Part shown: positions 11,169 to 23,124 of the stretch, in pieces | How the letters are laid out: each line of letters opens with the position of its first letter | Position numbering within the stretch: position 1 is the stretch's first letter | From: Salisapilia sapeloensis CBS 127946 | Lineage: Eukaryota; Protista; Oomycota | Length of the DNA: 63,112 nt | Direction of reading: 5' to 3' | Assembly: GCA_023334545.1 (NCBI GenBank) | Contig: JAADVB010000094.1 | Span: forward strand, 1-63,112 | Made by a program: the position numbers and the translations under genes | The notes under the pieces: generated by a model | Databases searched by the model: none | Seen by the model: the letters and a program-made list of their open reading frames with translations, nothing else | What the model was told of the DNA's origin: nothing

Positions 11169-12762
11169 CTACACCAATTGCCGGAGCTTTGTCTCGGGCA
11201 AGTGCTTCCAAAAGACAGCAAAACACACGACGTACGTCGCTCCGTACAAAAAGAAAGTCTGCGGCGTTCCTACTGCCTGGAAGAGCGACAGCAAAGTACC
11301 ATTGACAAGTAATGAAATCAAGGACATGGCGAACGTACAGTAGCTCATGTACCTCGCTCGATAGCTCGAGTCCTGGAACAGTTCCGCCAGGATAACCACG
11401 AATAAGATGCTCGGGCCGACTGCAGCAAATGCATTCAGTAGAGCAAACACGAACAAGATGCCAACGGCCTTCACCTCCTTATCCTCTCCATCAACCACAG
11501 ACAGTTCGGATAGCAATACACCACTACAAAAGAAGCAGATACAAACAGCAAAGAGACAAATGAGGTACAAACGTCGACGCGAGAACGAATCGATAAGGTA
11601 GTGAGCTGCCAAGAGGACAGAGGCGACGGCTACTAAAGAGCATGCGAGACCAAAGACGTTCGCATCTTTCTTCGTGTAGCTCTCAAAGGCACTCGACACA
11701 ATCGTCGGACCGTAAAAGATGCTTGGATCGATGCAATTGTTCACATAAGCCATCAACATCCCCACGAGTAGCTCTACTTTCGGTCGTGGGCGTGCTGAAT
11801 GGATCGTCCTGCGTCTAGAAGACGTATTCGATTGCATCTGTGCAGTAGAACTTTTATCGATACTGTCTGTCCCGGACGTGTCCTCTTCGTCCATACTGTC
11901 CGAGTCATACCCTTCCTTCTCCACATCCGACACTTGATTCATCGACTTGATCGAAATGTCTTCAAGCGTAATGTTCGTGCCATCACTCTTCCATTTCGTC
12001 CACTTGACAGACTCTGGAAACCTCGTCAGAAAGCAGTGGAAGATGTAGATGGCTGGAACACAGCCTACGCCAAGACACAGCCTCCATCGCTCTGACACGA
12101 CCAGCATGAACAGGTACGGCAAGGAGCATCCGAAATTCACCCTACGCCAATATGTAAGTACTTAAGATGCTAATATACGAAGAAGACGAGTACCCGAGTT
12201 GAAAGTGAGTGAGGAGATTGCCTCGAACGGAAGCTTCGACGCACTCGCTGATGTACATGGGGATGAGAAGGATGCAGAGACCGTTGCCAACGCCGACTAA
12301 GAGTCTTCCGGCCAAGAGATAACCGTATCCGTACTCTCCTAGTAGACTGCTAGTGCAGGAGCCGACGATCGAGAACAGACACGCGACCATGGCACTCTTC
12401 TTCCTGCCAAACTTGTCTGCGACTCGACCGCCCACTAGCATCGAGATGGCGTCACTAAAGGTTGCTGTGGCACTGAGAGATTCCTGTTGTGTCGGAGATA
12501 AGCTCAAGTCATCTCGAATGTACTGCAACGCAGCGGCGAGACTGACGTTGTAACCATAGATGAGACCACCGACGACACTAAAGACTGCCCACGCCATGTA
12601 CGATATCTCGACACCACCAGCATAAAGCACACGATTCTTTCGCTCTGCATCTTCTTCCTGTCTGTGACCATTTACATCCCTCTTTTGCTCTCGCAAACGT
12701 AGCAGCTCTTGCGCGTCTGCATCCGATGTCCCCATCTCGTCTATTTCGGTTTCCCCGTCCAT
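11169..12762 (-). CDS. MFS sugar porter family transporter, one intron near 12142-12190
   Basis: GGLIYGYN, GGRVADKFGRK, GRLLVGVG, PMYISE, FPESVKW, LIDSFSRRRL, ILAELF and LPETK sugar-porter motifs across two ORFs. Confidence 0.9.
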
Positions 12763-12949
12763 GATACGACTTGAATGTAAGTTTAGCTACGTCATGTTCT
12801 ATGCGCAAAATACGGTATCAACTATTTCCAATCGTATTGCGCAATCACATACAAAAGCGCGTCATTCGTCTCGAACCACCACAAGATTGTGCCTTTGAGT
12901 GGTTGAATTAGAGCATAAATCACATTAAGGCTTTAGTCCATACAAAATT

Positions 12950-14643
<1,694 letters not shown>

Positions 14644-14879
14644 GTCATGCTAGACAGCACCTGGCAATTTCTTTCCACTTGAATGCAACAAGAGATGAAT
14701 CTTCTCCATTGAATTCGAACTTGTTGGATATAGCATGCAGTAGGGTCTATTTCTATTCTCGTACGGATCAAATGCGATTCAACATGCTATGAAACGACAA
14801 ACCTAAGGAATGGTCGTTTCAAGTAGAGAATTTATACCCCAGCTCCGACAAGTTGATATAGCGCCAAGATCGGCTGACG

Positions 14880-17206
14880 ATGCCCCTGCAACATGCTACT
14901 AGAAGGAAGATCTTACGATCAATAGTGATGACTTTAAACTTCTTCACTACCTTGTTGACGCTCATGACGGGTTTATTCGAGAACCCTTTGTTAACAACTA
15001 TCTCTGGAGAGTATCATTTCCAATTGCTTCCGCTCTTGGAAACATACTTTACGTTGTGGTCATAGGTATGATCATCTTCGAGATCGACTGCGACATCGTG
15101 CCGTCAATTACGACTTTGCGCAGTCCAACCTCATCAATGTATCCGTCCTGCCGGATCTAGTCGAAGTCGCAGACAACTATCGACTGTACACAACTCTACC
15201 AAGAAATATATATACCATGGGCAACGACCAGAGCCTGTGTTCCAAGTTGGCATCCTTCACTTCACCCGAAGTCGTCATCCAGTATGACGATTTGTGGGGA
15301 CAGGGAGCTCGGCGGTTGTACAGAGTCATATACAGTATATCTGCGACTAGTTGTCAGCCTATTAACTTTATTCCTACTTGGGTGAATGAAACATGTATCA
15401 AGGAACTCCACAACGGGAATGAGACTGCCTGTTACCAGTACATGCATGATAACTGGTCGCAATTGCTCTTCACACGGGAAGTTCAGTCGTTGGAAGCCTC
15501 TATTGATGGAACGAATGGTGATGTCTTCATGATGTGTCAAGACCGGCCGCACGAGGCGTTTCCATTCAAGGCAGACATCATCCAGCCTCAGCAGTTCTGG
15601 GCTGGCGCTAATTATGTCTTTCAAATTCTTACTAGTGATTGCAATGCAATTCCACTTGCAGCAGGTTCCATTGATGATATACCAGAGACGAGGCTATTTA
15701 AAGTCTTACCGGTAGACACAGGCCACAGTACTGTTATTGGCATTGACCAATCCAATCTGCTATCCAACCTCGTTGTCACAGCATACAGTGCAGTTTCATT
15801 ATTTCTCATTGGTGGGGGACTCATGGGGTTGCTGACATTCTCGAGAGATATCATGTACATTCCGTATGACATGCGTTTCATGAAGGAATTGAGCTTTGTG
15901 AAATACCTTGCTGCGATTTTACCCATGGGCACAGCTTTCGGAGGAGACCTATGGGCAGTGAAATTAAAGTGCTTCCGAGCAGTTGCCTCAGATGCATGGA
16001 TGAACCATTGGATGTACATTTGGCTAAGCATGTTCAACTCAATCATTAACATCAAAATCTCCTTTGTACTATACGAATCGGCCACAGGGATGCTGCTTCG
16101 AAAAGTGACGGTGGTGACCTTGTTTTATCTTGGTACTTGCATTGCAAGACTCGCTTGGATTCTCTGCTTTGGCCAGACGATGCTTTATCGTGCTCTCAAA
16201 TTTATTATTAATGGTGGTGCTCGCAAGTACCTCCATCCGAAAGTGCGAGAAAAAATGAATCGAGGACTTGACGGATGGGCGATGCTCATGTGCTATCGAC
16301 TCAATCTTTGCCTATTATCTTTGCTAATATGTACACTATATTTGGCCCATGGTGCTACGACATTCATGGTAACCTTGTATCATGATATAAGTCGAAACGT
16401 CATCTAACACGAATAATGTGTAGGTACGGGCCGACCCACCTAAAGTTGCGGTTTATGGAGGAGACCCAAACCTTGGCAAGTTCTGGTCATCTGAAATTAT
16501 TTGTGACATGGTCATGCTTTTCTCCATTGTGACATTCATGGGTATCATCCATACCATTCATATACTTCGATTTACGAGATGGAATAGCATGATTGACAAT
16601 AGCATGATTCGCTTACTTCAAAAGCGGTACTTCTTTACTGGATGGGACATCCTTGTTGTTTCGTATGCGCTCGGAATGGATTCAAGTCGTCGGAGATCGT
16701 CTGCAAATTGTACTCTAGGAACTATCATAAAGCTCTTGTATTGGTCTGGTCCAAGCGGTATTGTCAACCTAGCTGGCGATATGAATCTGCTAGCAAACGA
16801 CCAAGAGATGGAAGTGAAGGAATTTCGGTATACAGTGAAGCGGGCAACCCTCATGGGTCTTCGCGATGAGAAGACAAAGGGATGGAAAGTTGGTCAATCC
16901 TCTGATAATACAACCAATGGCACAACCCAGGGCGCATCCAAGAAGGCGACAAACGCAAGCAAAGACGAGAGACAAGGTGAAGCTGGGTCGGGGAAGCAAG
17001 AGCCGACTATTTATGATCTGAAACTAAGAGTCATTGGTGGAGGCGTCTACAGCCCCGTCTTCCTTGTTGATATCGAAAACCCCGGCCGTATCGTCCGTCA
17101 AACACATACTAACATTGCCGAGTATGAAGTCATAGATCAACTGGCCATCGCGGACAGAGAGGAGATCTTAGCCATATACGGAAAGAAGGAGCTACAGATC
17201 TACTAG
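14880..17206 (+). CDS. Uncharacterised multi-pass membrane protein, multi-exon
   Basis: ORFs 14880, 15217 and 16508 can be joined through GT-AG introns (about 15011-15066 and about 16371-16416). N-terminal TM segment, Cys-containing luminal region, then several hydrophobic helices. Confidence 0.65.
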
Positions 17207-17243
17207 ACCAAACAGGCGTATGCCTTATTCTTTCTATTCTAGC

Positions 17244-19396
17244 TTAAGCAAAAGCTTTGCTCCACATCTTCTTTTCTTTTTCCTTTTCCCTCTTTTGCAA
17301 AATCTTAATCCTTTCTTCCAACCTCAGCACAGCTTTATCCGTCGGTGCCATCTCCTTAGCTTGGACGACATCAGCTTTCGCCAAGTCCAGCTTCTTCTCC
17401 GCTTCATATGCCACAGCTCGGCGATAGTACGCCTTGACATTCGAACTATCCAAGTTCAAAACGTCCGAGCAATTGGAAACACACTTGGCGTAGCTCTCCA
17501 TCTTCAAGTAGCACTGCGCCAAGTTCAGATGCAAACTGACCTTTAGCTTGCGCACTTCCTCTTCATCGTCGCTTGTCAGGTCAAAGAACTTGGACGCGTG
17601 GCCCAGAGCCTTGACATACCTCGCAGCAGCGAACTGATGATTGCCGTCCTTGAAGAGCTCATTGCCCTCCTCCTTGTTCTTGACCACGAGACGCATACGT
17701 TCCGGTTTCTTCAGCTTACGCTGGTCATGGTCCTCTTTCTCTCCTTCCTCAGCGTGCTTTTTGGATTCTTCTTCGAGCTGCTTTTCAAACGCTTCATCAT
17801 GCGCTTGCACCGCATCAAAGTAGGCAGCACAAGCCTCCTTCACCTGAAGATCGACCTCTGCACGCTTTTCCTGCACTTGCTCGAGTGTCGCGTTATCCGT
17901 TTCTTCCGCATACAACCAGTCCTCCGCTTGAGTCAGAATGGGTTCCAAGACAGACATGTCGATCTTGTCGCCAAATTTACCAGACCGCTTGCCTCGCATC
18001 TCGTACACGAACGCCTCGATCGCATTCTTTTCATTCGCAATCGCTGCGATACGTGTATCCTGAGTCTGCATCTTGCTTTCAAGATTCTGCCACGTCGTCA
18101 AAGTCTCCTTCACTTCTTCCGACAAGGTGATTGTTTCCGACTCGTCTGACGGGAGGAAGGCTGCTCCAACCGCCACTGAAGTGGTCGAATCCAGCATACG
18201 ACCGAGTAGACTAGAGCTCTGATTGAAGACATGGACAATCGCATCTTGTACGAATGGGATACGGGTGCCTCCACCCACGATCTCGACACTCGTGATCGAT
18301 TCCTTCGAGGTGGAAGTGGATTCAAGGCAGGACGTGATGAGAGACTGGAATGCTTGGCTATCACCAGCACAGAGTTGTTGTAGCTTTTCTTTCGACAAAG
18401 AGATGGAAATGTCTTGGTCTGGAATCAAATTCTCGACACTCACAGACGCTTGAGGGATAGTTGACAAGAGCTTTAACAGCTTCAACAAGGCTTGGAAGAG
18501 ACGGAAACCTGGTTTCGAGTGCATCTTCAGATCAGATAGACCGTGAGATGTCTTCAGTTCTTCTTGGAAGTGGACAAAGAGTCGAGATAGGAACGTTTGG
18601 ACACCGAGGTTCACGTCACATGCACTAGCGAGGACGTTTTCACCAGACTCTGTCAGCTCTACAACTGATACGGACGTACTCGTGTGTCCCATATCCACAA
18701 TCATAAACTTCCGGCTATCCTGTCCGGCTGGTAGAGGATGCTTCGTCTGGTAGCAACGAGCCAAAGCCTGTTCTTGCGTAACGACACCGACGTTTGTCAT
18801 TCCAGCGACATAGGCAGCTTGTACCAACCTCTCTTTAGCATCCGAGGAGAAAGAGGAAGGAACGGCGAGCTGGACCCATGTGGATGCATCGGCACCTTTC
18901 ATCTGCATCTGAGACCAGAGCTTACCCAGTAGCATCGCGTTCAGCTGGACGATTGAAAAGGAGCTCGTAGATTCCTCACTATCCGGAGCGCTATACTCTA
19001 CTTGAACATCGGCACGGTCCGATTCAAAGGAGAAGGTAGGGAGAGGACCAGGGATAGTGCTCAGGACTTTGGTCTCAAGCGAGGAAGGGTCCAATAGGAA
19101 GTATGGGAGGTGTTGGACGGTGTTGCGAGGGTTGGAAGACGCAGCATGAGTGGCAGCTTCACCAATGAGTCTTTCGCTGGACTTGAAAGACACAAGAGAG
19201 GCAGTGGTCATGCTGCCTAGCTCATTGAGCTGCACGTCACCGGATGAGGAGGCGACGACACAGCGCTGGGAGCTCTATAATTGCCATTTAACAATGTCGT
19301 TTAGAATATGATTTATACACGATTAAAAGAATATCAATGCAATGATTTATGCAAGAGGAGACGTACCAAATCAATGCCAAAGACGAGGGAAGCCAT
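17244..19396 (-). CDS. Hsp110-type nucleotide-binding domain fused to C-terminal TPR domain
   Basis: Exon 1 (19396-19367) MASLVFGIDL, intron 19366-19275, then SSQRCVVA. IVDMGHTST and VEIVGGGTRIP are Hsp110-type; KNAIEAFVYEMR helical domain; TPR motifs KEEGNELFK, LNLAQCYLK and KAYYRRA. Confidence 0.88.
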
Positions 19397-19578
19397 GGTA
19401 TGCCTGTAGTACGATCTAACTATCTGAAGACAGCGCTTTCGTGGCCAACAACCAGTTGTCTTGTTTTATATAAAGCATTTTATTTGTCAATTTGTATTCC
19501 CAACAGCGGCATTTCAAGAACAGGTATCTTTGTGCTAAAAGAAAAGAATTTGAATCTACTGCTGAATTTCTTTCCCTC

Positions 19579-20355
19579 CTACTCGACCGCGACGCATTTG
19601 TTGATCCAACGTCTCCTCCGGACCTTTGCGAGTGAGAATGGATCTTCCATCCACGGTCCAGACAGACTCTCTGCATAGACCCATCCATTATCATCGCCGA
19701 TACTGACATCTAACGTCCATCCATCGCCTTTCATTCCTTCCGGTACCTTTGGTGCCACGTCCATAAATCTATCCGACGAGACTTCTGCGTCCTCGTCTTT
19801 ATTCCAACGCTTTCGTGCACCTTGATTCTCATCTTCGTCAAAGAGACTGCTGTCGTTTGTCCACTTGTGAACGATATGGAATCTCTGGTTTTCATACAAC
19901 TGTAGAACTTGGTCAGCTTTCCCGGCCTGATTGACACAAAGACCAAGGACTATCTGTGGTGACACTTCCTGCTTTCGGAAGGCGTCCGAGATATCGATGT
20001 CATAGCTCCGTTCCTCCATGTCCTTGACACTCCGGTTGTATGTTTTTGGGTCATCCAAAAGAGGTGCTAGCGGAATGAATAGAATGCCAAGAAGATCGTG
20101 AGTCAGTAACTGGTCATGGTCATACACACGTACAGTCAAGACTTTGTCCTGAGGTTGGTCAAGCGTGAAGTTGAAGCTCTCAGGTGGGTCCCACACCGGG
20201 TTCAATTCGTTCTTTTTGCACGAACTCTTTTCAATCGGAGAATTATCAATTCGGAACGTCACGTACGGGTCCGACTTGCCTCCAAAGCCAAAGAAGCTCA
20301 TGTCTGCACGCGGCAGGTCAATCGCCTTAAAAAGCGTGATGTCTAGCGTGTACAT
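19579..20355 (-). CDS. C2 domain + DysF-like domain protein (paralogue A)
   Basis: C2: KAIDLP..GKSDPYV..ELNPVW..VYDHD..DLLG. DysF-like: LYENQR..WTLDVSIGDDNGWVYA..VRRRRW. Confidence 0.85.
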   Translation of the reverse strand: MYTLDITLFKAIDLPRADMSFFGFGGKSDPYVTFRIDNSPIEKSSCKKNELNPVWDPPESFNFTLDQPQDKVLTVRVYDHDQLLTHDLLGILFIPLAPLLDDPKTYNRSVKDMEERSYDIDISDAFRKQEVSPQIVLGLCVNQAGKADQVLQLYENQRFHIVHKWTNDSSLFDEDENQGARKRWNKDEDAEVSSDRFMDVAPKVPEGMKGDGWTLDVSIGDDNGWVYAESLSGPWMEDPFSLAKVRRRRWINKCVAVE

Positions 20356-20362
20356 GGCCACC

Positions 20363-20377
20363 GAAATACAAATGAGC
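20363..20377 (-). promoter_or_regulatory. Oomycete-type Inr/FPR-like core promoter of C2-DysF gene A
   Basis: Minus strand GCTCATTTGTATTTC just upstream of the ATG at 20355, close to the oomycete consensus GCTCATTYBNNNWTTY (spacing off by one). Confidence 0.55.
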
Positions 20378-20733
20378 TAAGAAAGAAAGAAGTCGGAGCT
20401 TGCGATACGATTTTCGTTGTTTGATTTGGTGTCCAGCGCCACGGTTTGATAGGTTAAAATTGCGATTCTTAACCCAGTACACACACATACCATACGGAAC
20501 TACAAATGAAAACGAATGCGACAAAAGGGACTTACACGTCGCTCTTTGTAATCGTAACGTTTCATAAGAGGTACTTGGTCGTCACGATCAACTACAGGAG
20601 CAGGGCAAAAGATCTTGCTCGCTGGAAATGTGCAATGAAGACATGTACCCACGCAACTTTTTACTGCGTTGATCAAGTTTCCATTCATGTCTTTTTACAT
20701 TTGTGTATTACATTTACATGAACCTACCAACAT

Positions 20734-20806
20734 GGGGATGTAGCTCAGATGGTAGAGCGTTCGCTTAGCATGCGAAAGGTACTGGGATCGATACCCAGCT
20801 TCTCCA
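20734..20806 (+). tRNA. tRNA-Ala (anticodon AGC)
   Basis: Cloverleaf: acceptor GGGGATG/CTTCTCC with the G3:U70 alanine identity pair, anticodon arm TTCGC-TTAGCAT-GCGAA, T arm CTGGG-ATCGATA-CCCAG, discriminator A at 20806. Confidence 0.97.
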
Positions 20807-20807
20807 G

Positions 20808-20879
20808 GCGTGTGTAGTATAGTGGTTAGTACCCTTCGTTGTGGTCGAAGTATCCTCGGTTCGAATCCGGGCACGCGCA
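20808..20879 (+). tRNA. tRNA-His (anticodon GTG), with genomic G at position -1 (20807)
   Basis: Acceptor GCGTGTG/CACGCGC, D arm GTAT..GTAC, anticodon arm CTTCG-TTGTGGT-CGAAG, T arm CTCGG-TTCGAAT-CCGGG, discriminator A at 20879. Confidence 0.96.
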
Positions 20880-20883
20880 TTAC

Positions 20884-20888
20884 TTTTT
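20884..20888 (+). terminator. Pol III terminator (T5) shared by the tRNA pair
   Basis: TTTTT begins 5 nt after the tRNA-His discriminator; no T-run lies between the two tRNAs. Confidence 0.8.
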
Positions 20889-21399
20889 GTATGTTTTCAG
20901 CTTTATCCAGAGGAAGTACGTGATGAGCTTCTCATGTCGTACGTTGAATTTTGGAGAATTTCCTTTCTTGCCTAATGATAGCAGTGATTAATACACACTG
21001 ACTGGATTACTAAAAGGTGGGAAGGATTATCATACTGTACTTCTTCAGGCCCGTAGAAGATCTGGTAGAACAACGGTGAAGCTGTCTCTACGATTAAACC
21101 ATCAATAAAGTAGAGCTACATCAATGTTTTTTATCATGTTTCATATTGGTATTGCGCTATGGAAAGAATAATAAAATAAACGCTTTCAAGGAAACTACAC
21201 AAGGGCAAACATACAGAACGAGTTTAAAAAGTCCGCGCATGTCTGTCACTACCGAAGAAAACAAAAGAAAATCGAGATAATACCCCATGAAAATACATTA
21301 TTCAAGTGCTGTCGAATCTACAAGCAGACGTTGGACTGGGTTTGACGACTGGGTTTCGACGCTTCTTTGCCCCATGTGCAGTATTTAAACGTGGATCGA

Positions 21400-22140
21400 T
21401 CAGAAGCTTGTGCCTGCGATCGGCTTACATTTGTTAATCCACTTTCGACGACGAGCCATGGCAAGTGTAAACGGCTGGCTTTGCCATGGACCTGAAAATG
21501 ACGGCGCGTAGACCCATCCATGCTCATCTCCATGCGAAACGTTCAACGTCCACCCCGCAGCTTCCATGTGTGGCGGTACTGGTGGAGCTACCTTTGCAAA
21601 TGAGTTCGAGGTAATATCCGTATTATCGACTTGACTCCATCGCTTGCGATTGCCAGACGCTTCCTTCCACTTGTTGATCAAATCGAACTGCTGGTTTTCC
21701 CATAATTCGAGTATGGCATCCACGCGGTCATTGCATGCGACTTTGATTTCTAAAAACACAACAGCTTTACAGTTTTGTTTGCGGAACGCGTCTGGAACCT
21801 CCAACTCGTACGACAGCTCTTCCACTCTTGTCGTATCGAGAAATATACCCAACGCGATTCCAGTCATCCCGAGCAAGTCGTCACTATTAAAACGATCATG
21901 ATCGTACGCGCTAACATGGAGCACTGCCTCTCGCGGTCGGTCAACCTGAAAGGTAAATGTCGGCGCTGGTTTCCACACTGGGTTCAGCTCATTCGAAACA
22001 ATCTCACTGTACTTGGAAACGCCATTTACTTTAAAGCAAAAGTACGGGTCAGACTTGCCGCCCATGCCCATGAATCCAAAGTCGCTCGCCGGTAGATCAT
22101 TTGCTTTCGTAAGCGTCACTTGCACCGCGTAACCGCTCAT
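21400..22140 (-). CDS. C2 domain + DysF-like domain protein (paralogue B)
   Basis: KANDLP..GGKSDPYF..ELNPVW..AYDHD..DDLLG, then LWENQQF..WTLNVSHGDEHGWVYA..ARRRKW; co-linear with paralogue A. Confidence 0.85.
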   Translation of the reverse strand: MSGYAVQVTLTKANDLPASDFGFMGMGGKSDPYFCFKVNGVSKYSEIVSNELNPVWKPAPTFTFQVDRPREAVLHVSAYDHDRFNSDDLLGMTGIALGIFLDTTRVEELSYELEVPDAFRKQNCKAVVFLEIKVACNDRVDAILELWENQQFDLINKWKEASGNRKRWSQVDNTDITSNSFAKVAPPVPPHMEAAGWTLNVSHGDEHGWVYAPSFSGPWQSQPFTLAMARRRKWINKCKPIAGTSF

Positions 22141-22671
22141 GGTATTGTGCCTCGGGATCAAATCGCGTTGTGATGCATTTGCCTGGATTTCTGTACCCGG
22201 CTTCTATAATTACGTTCGCTCCATACTCTTGCCATGTAGCTCGTTTCGCTCTATTATTCCGGTACTAGAGAAAATCGTGGGTTTGATAGGCCTCGAGCTA
22301 AAGTATATGTTGCACCTACTGCAAGGACAGGCGTCCAAGTCTCTACTTGAGAGAAGAAAGCTATCGACCAAACGTCGATAGCATGACACGTATCTCCGTC
22401 ATACTCTTTCTACCGAAAGAAAGGCGTAGTTCAAAACGGTATCAACGTCCATGGCTATCCAATGCGTAGTACTTAACCCATTCCATAGAAAATCAGGGTA
22501 AAGAGGGAGTACAAATGGTAATCCAGTCAATGTGCAACCCTCAAAGATCCTACAACATGGCTACAGGTTACCATGAAGGAGATGTTGGAAGCGACAGATC
22601 CGACTCGATTTACAGTTCAGTACGTGGCATCCGCACTCGACTACCACTGTCACTTACCTTCTCATACCACC

Positions 22672-23076
22672 ATGCACGCTATCCAAGTAACTCTCGTCAA
22701 AGCTATGGACTTGCCATCAGCCGACTACAATGGCAAGTCGGATCCGTACGTCGCTTTCAATGTCGGATCATCGACGCAAAAGTCCAGTAAGCAAATGGCA
22801 AATTTGCATCCCGAGTGGACTCCATCGGAAGTCTTTCACTTCATCACGGATGATGCAGAAGAAACTTCGCTCCACGTGAAGATCTACGACTACGACCGTT
22901 TTTCCCAAGACGACCTCATTGCATCCGTTTCGATCCCTCTCGGAGACTATGTCCAGCACCCGATGAAAGAGTCTCAGATCTTCGACTTGGACATTCCGTC
23001 CGATTTCTCGAATCAACAGCGTAAGAGCAAGCTCATGCTGCACATTCAAGTGGAGGAGGACAACGACACGGATTAA
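22672..23076 (+). CDS. Single C2 domain protein (paralogue C, no DysF)
   Basis: MHAIQVTLVKAMDLPSADYNGKSDPYV..NLHPEW..IYDYDRFSQDDLIA..DIPSDFSNQ; stop immediately after the C2 domain. Confidence 0.8.
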   Translation: MHAIQVTLVKAMDLPSADYNGKSDPYVAFNVGSSTQKSSKQMANLHPEWTPSEVFHFITDDAEETSLHVKIYDYDRFSQDDLIASVSIPLGDYVQHPMKESQIFDLDIPSDFSNQQRKSKLMLHIQVEEDNDTD

Positions 23077-23124
23077 AGCAAATACAAGTAGAACCATTTT
23101 GTCTAAAAGCCACTTGCAGGCTCG

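Noticed and set aside
20695-20880. 61 aa minus-strand ORF MRVPGFEPRILRPQRR
   Set aside because: It is the antisense translation of the two tRNA genes, a classic spurious ORF.
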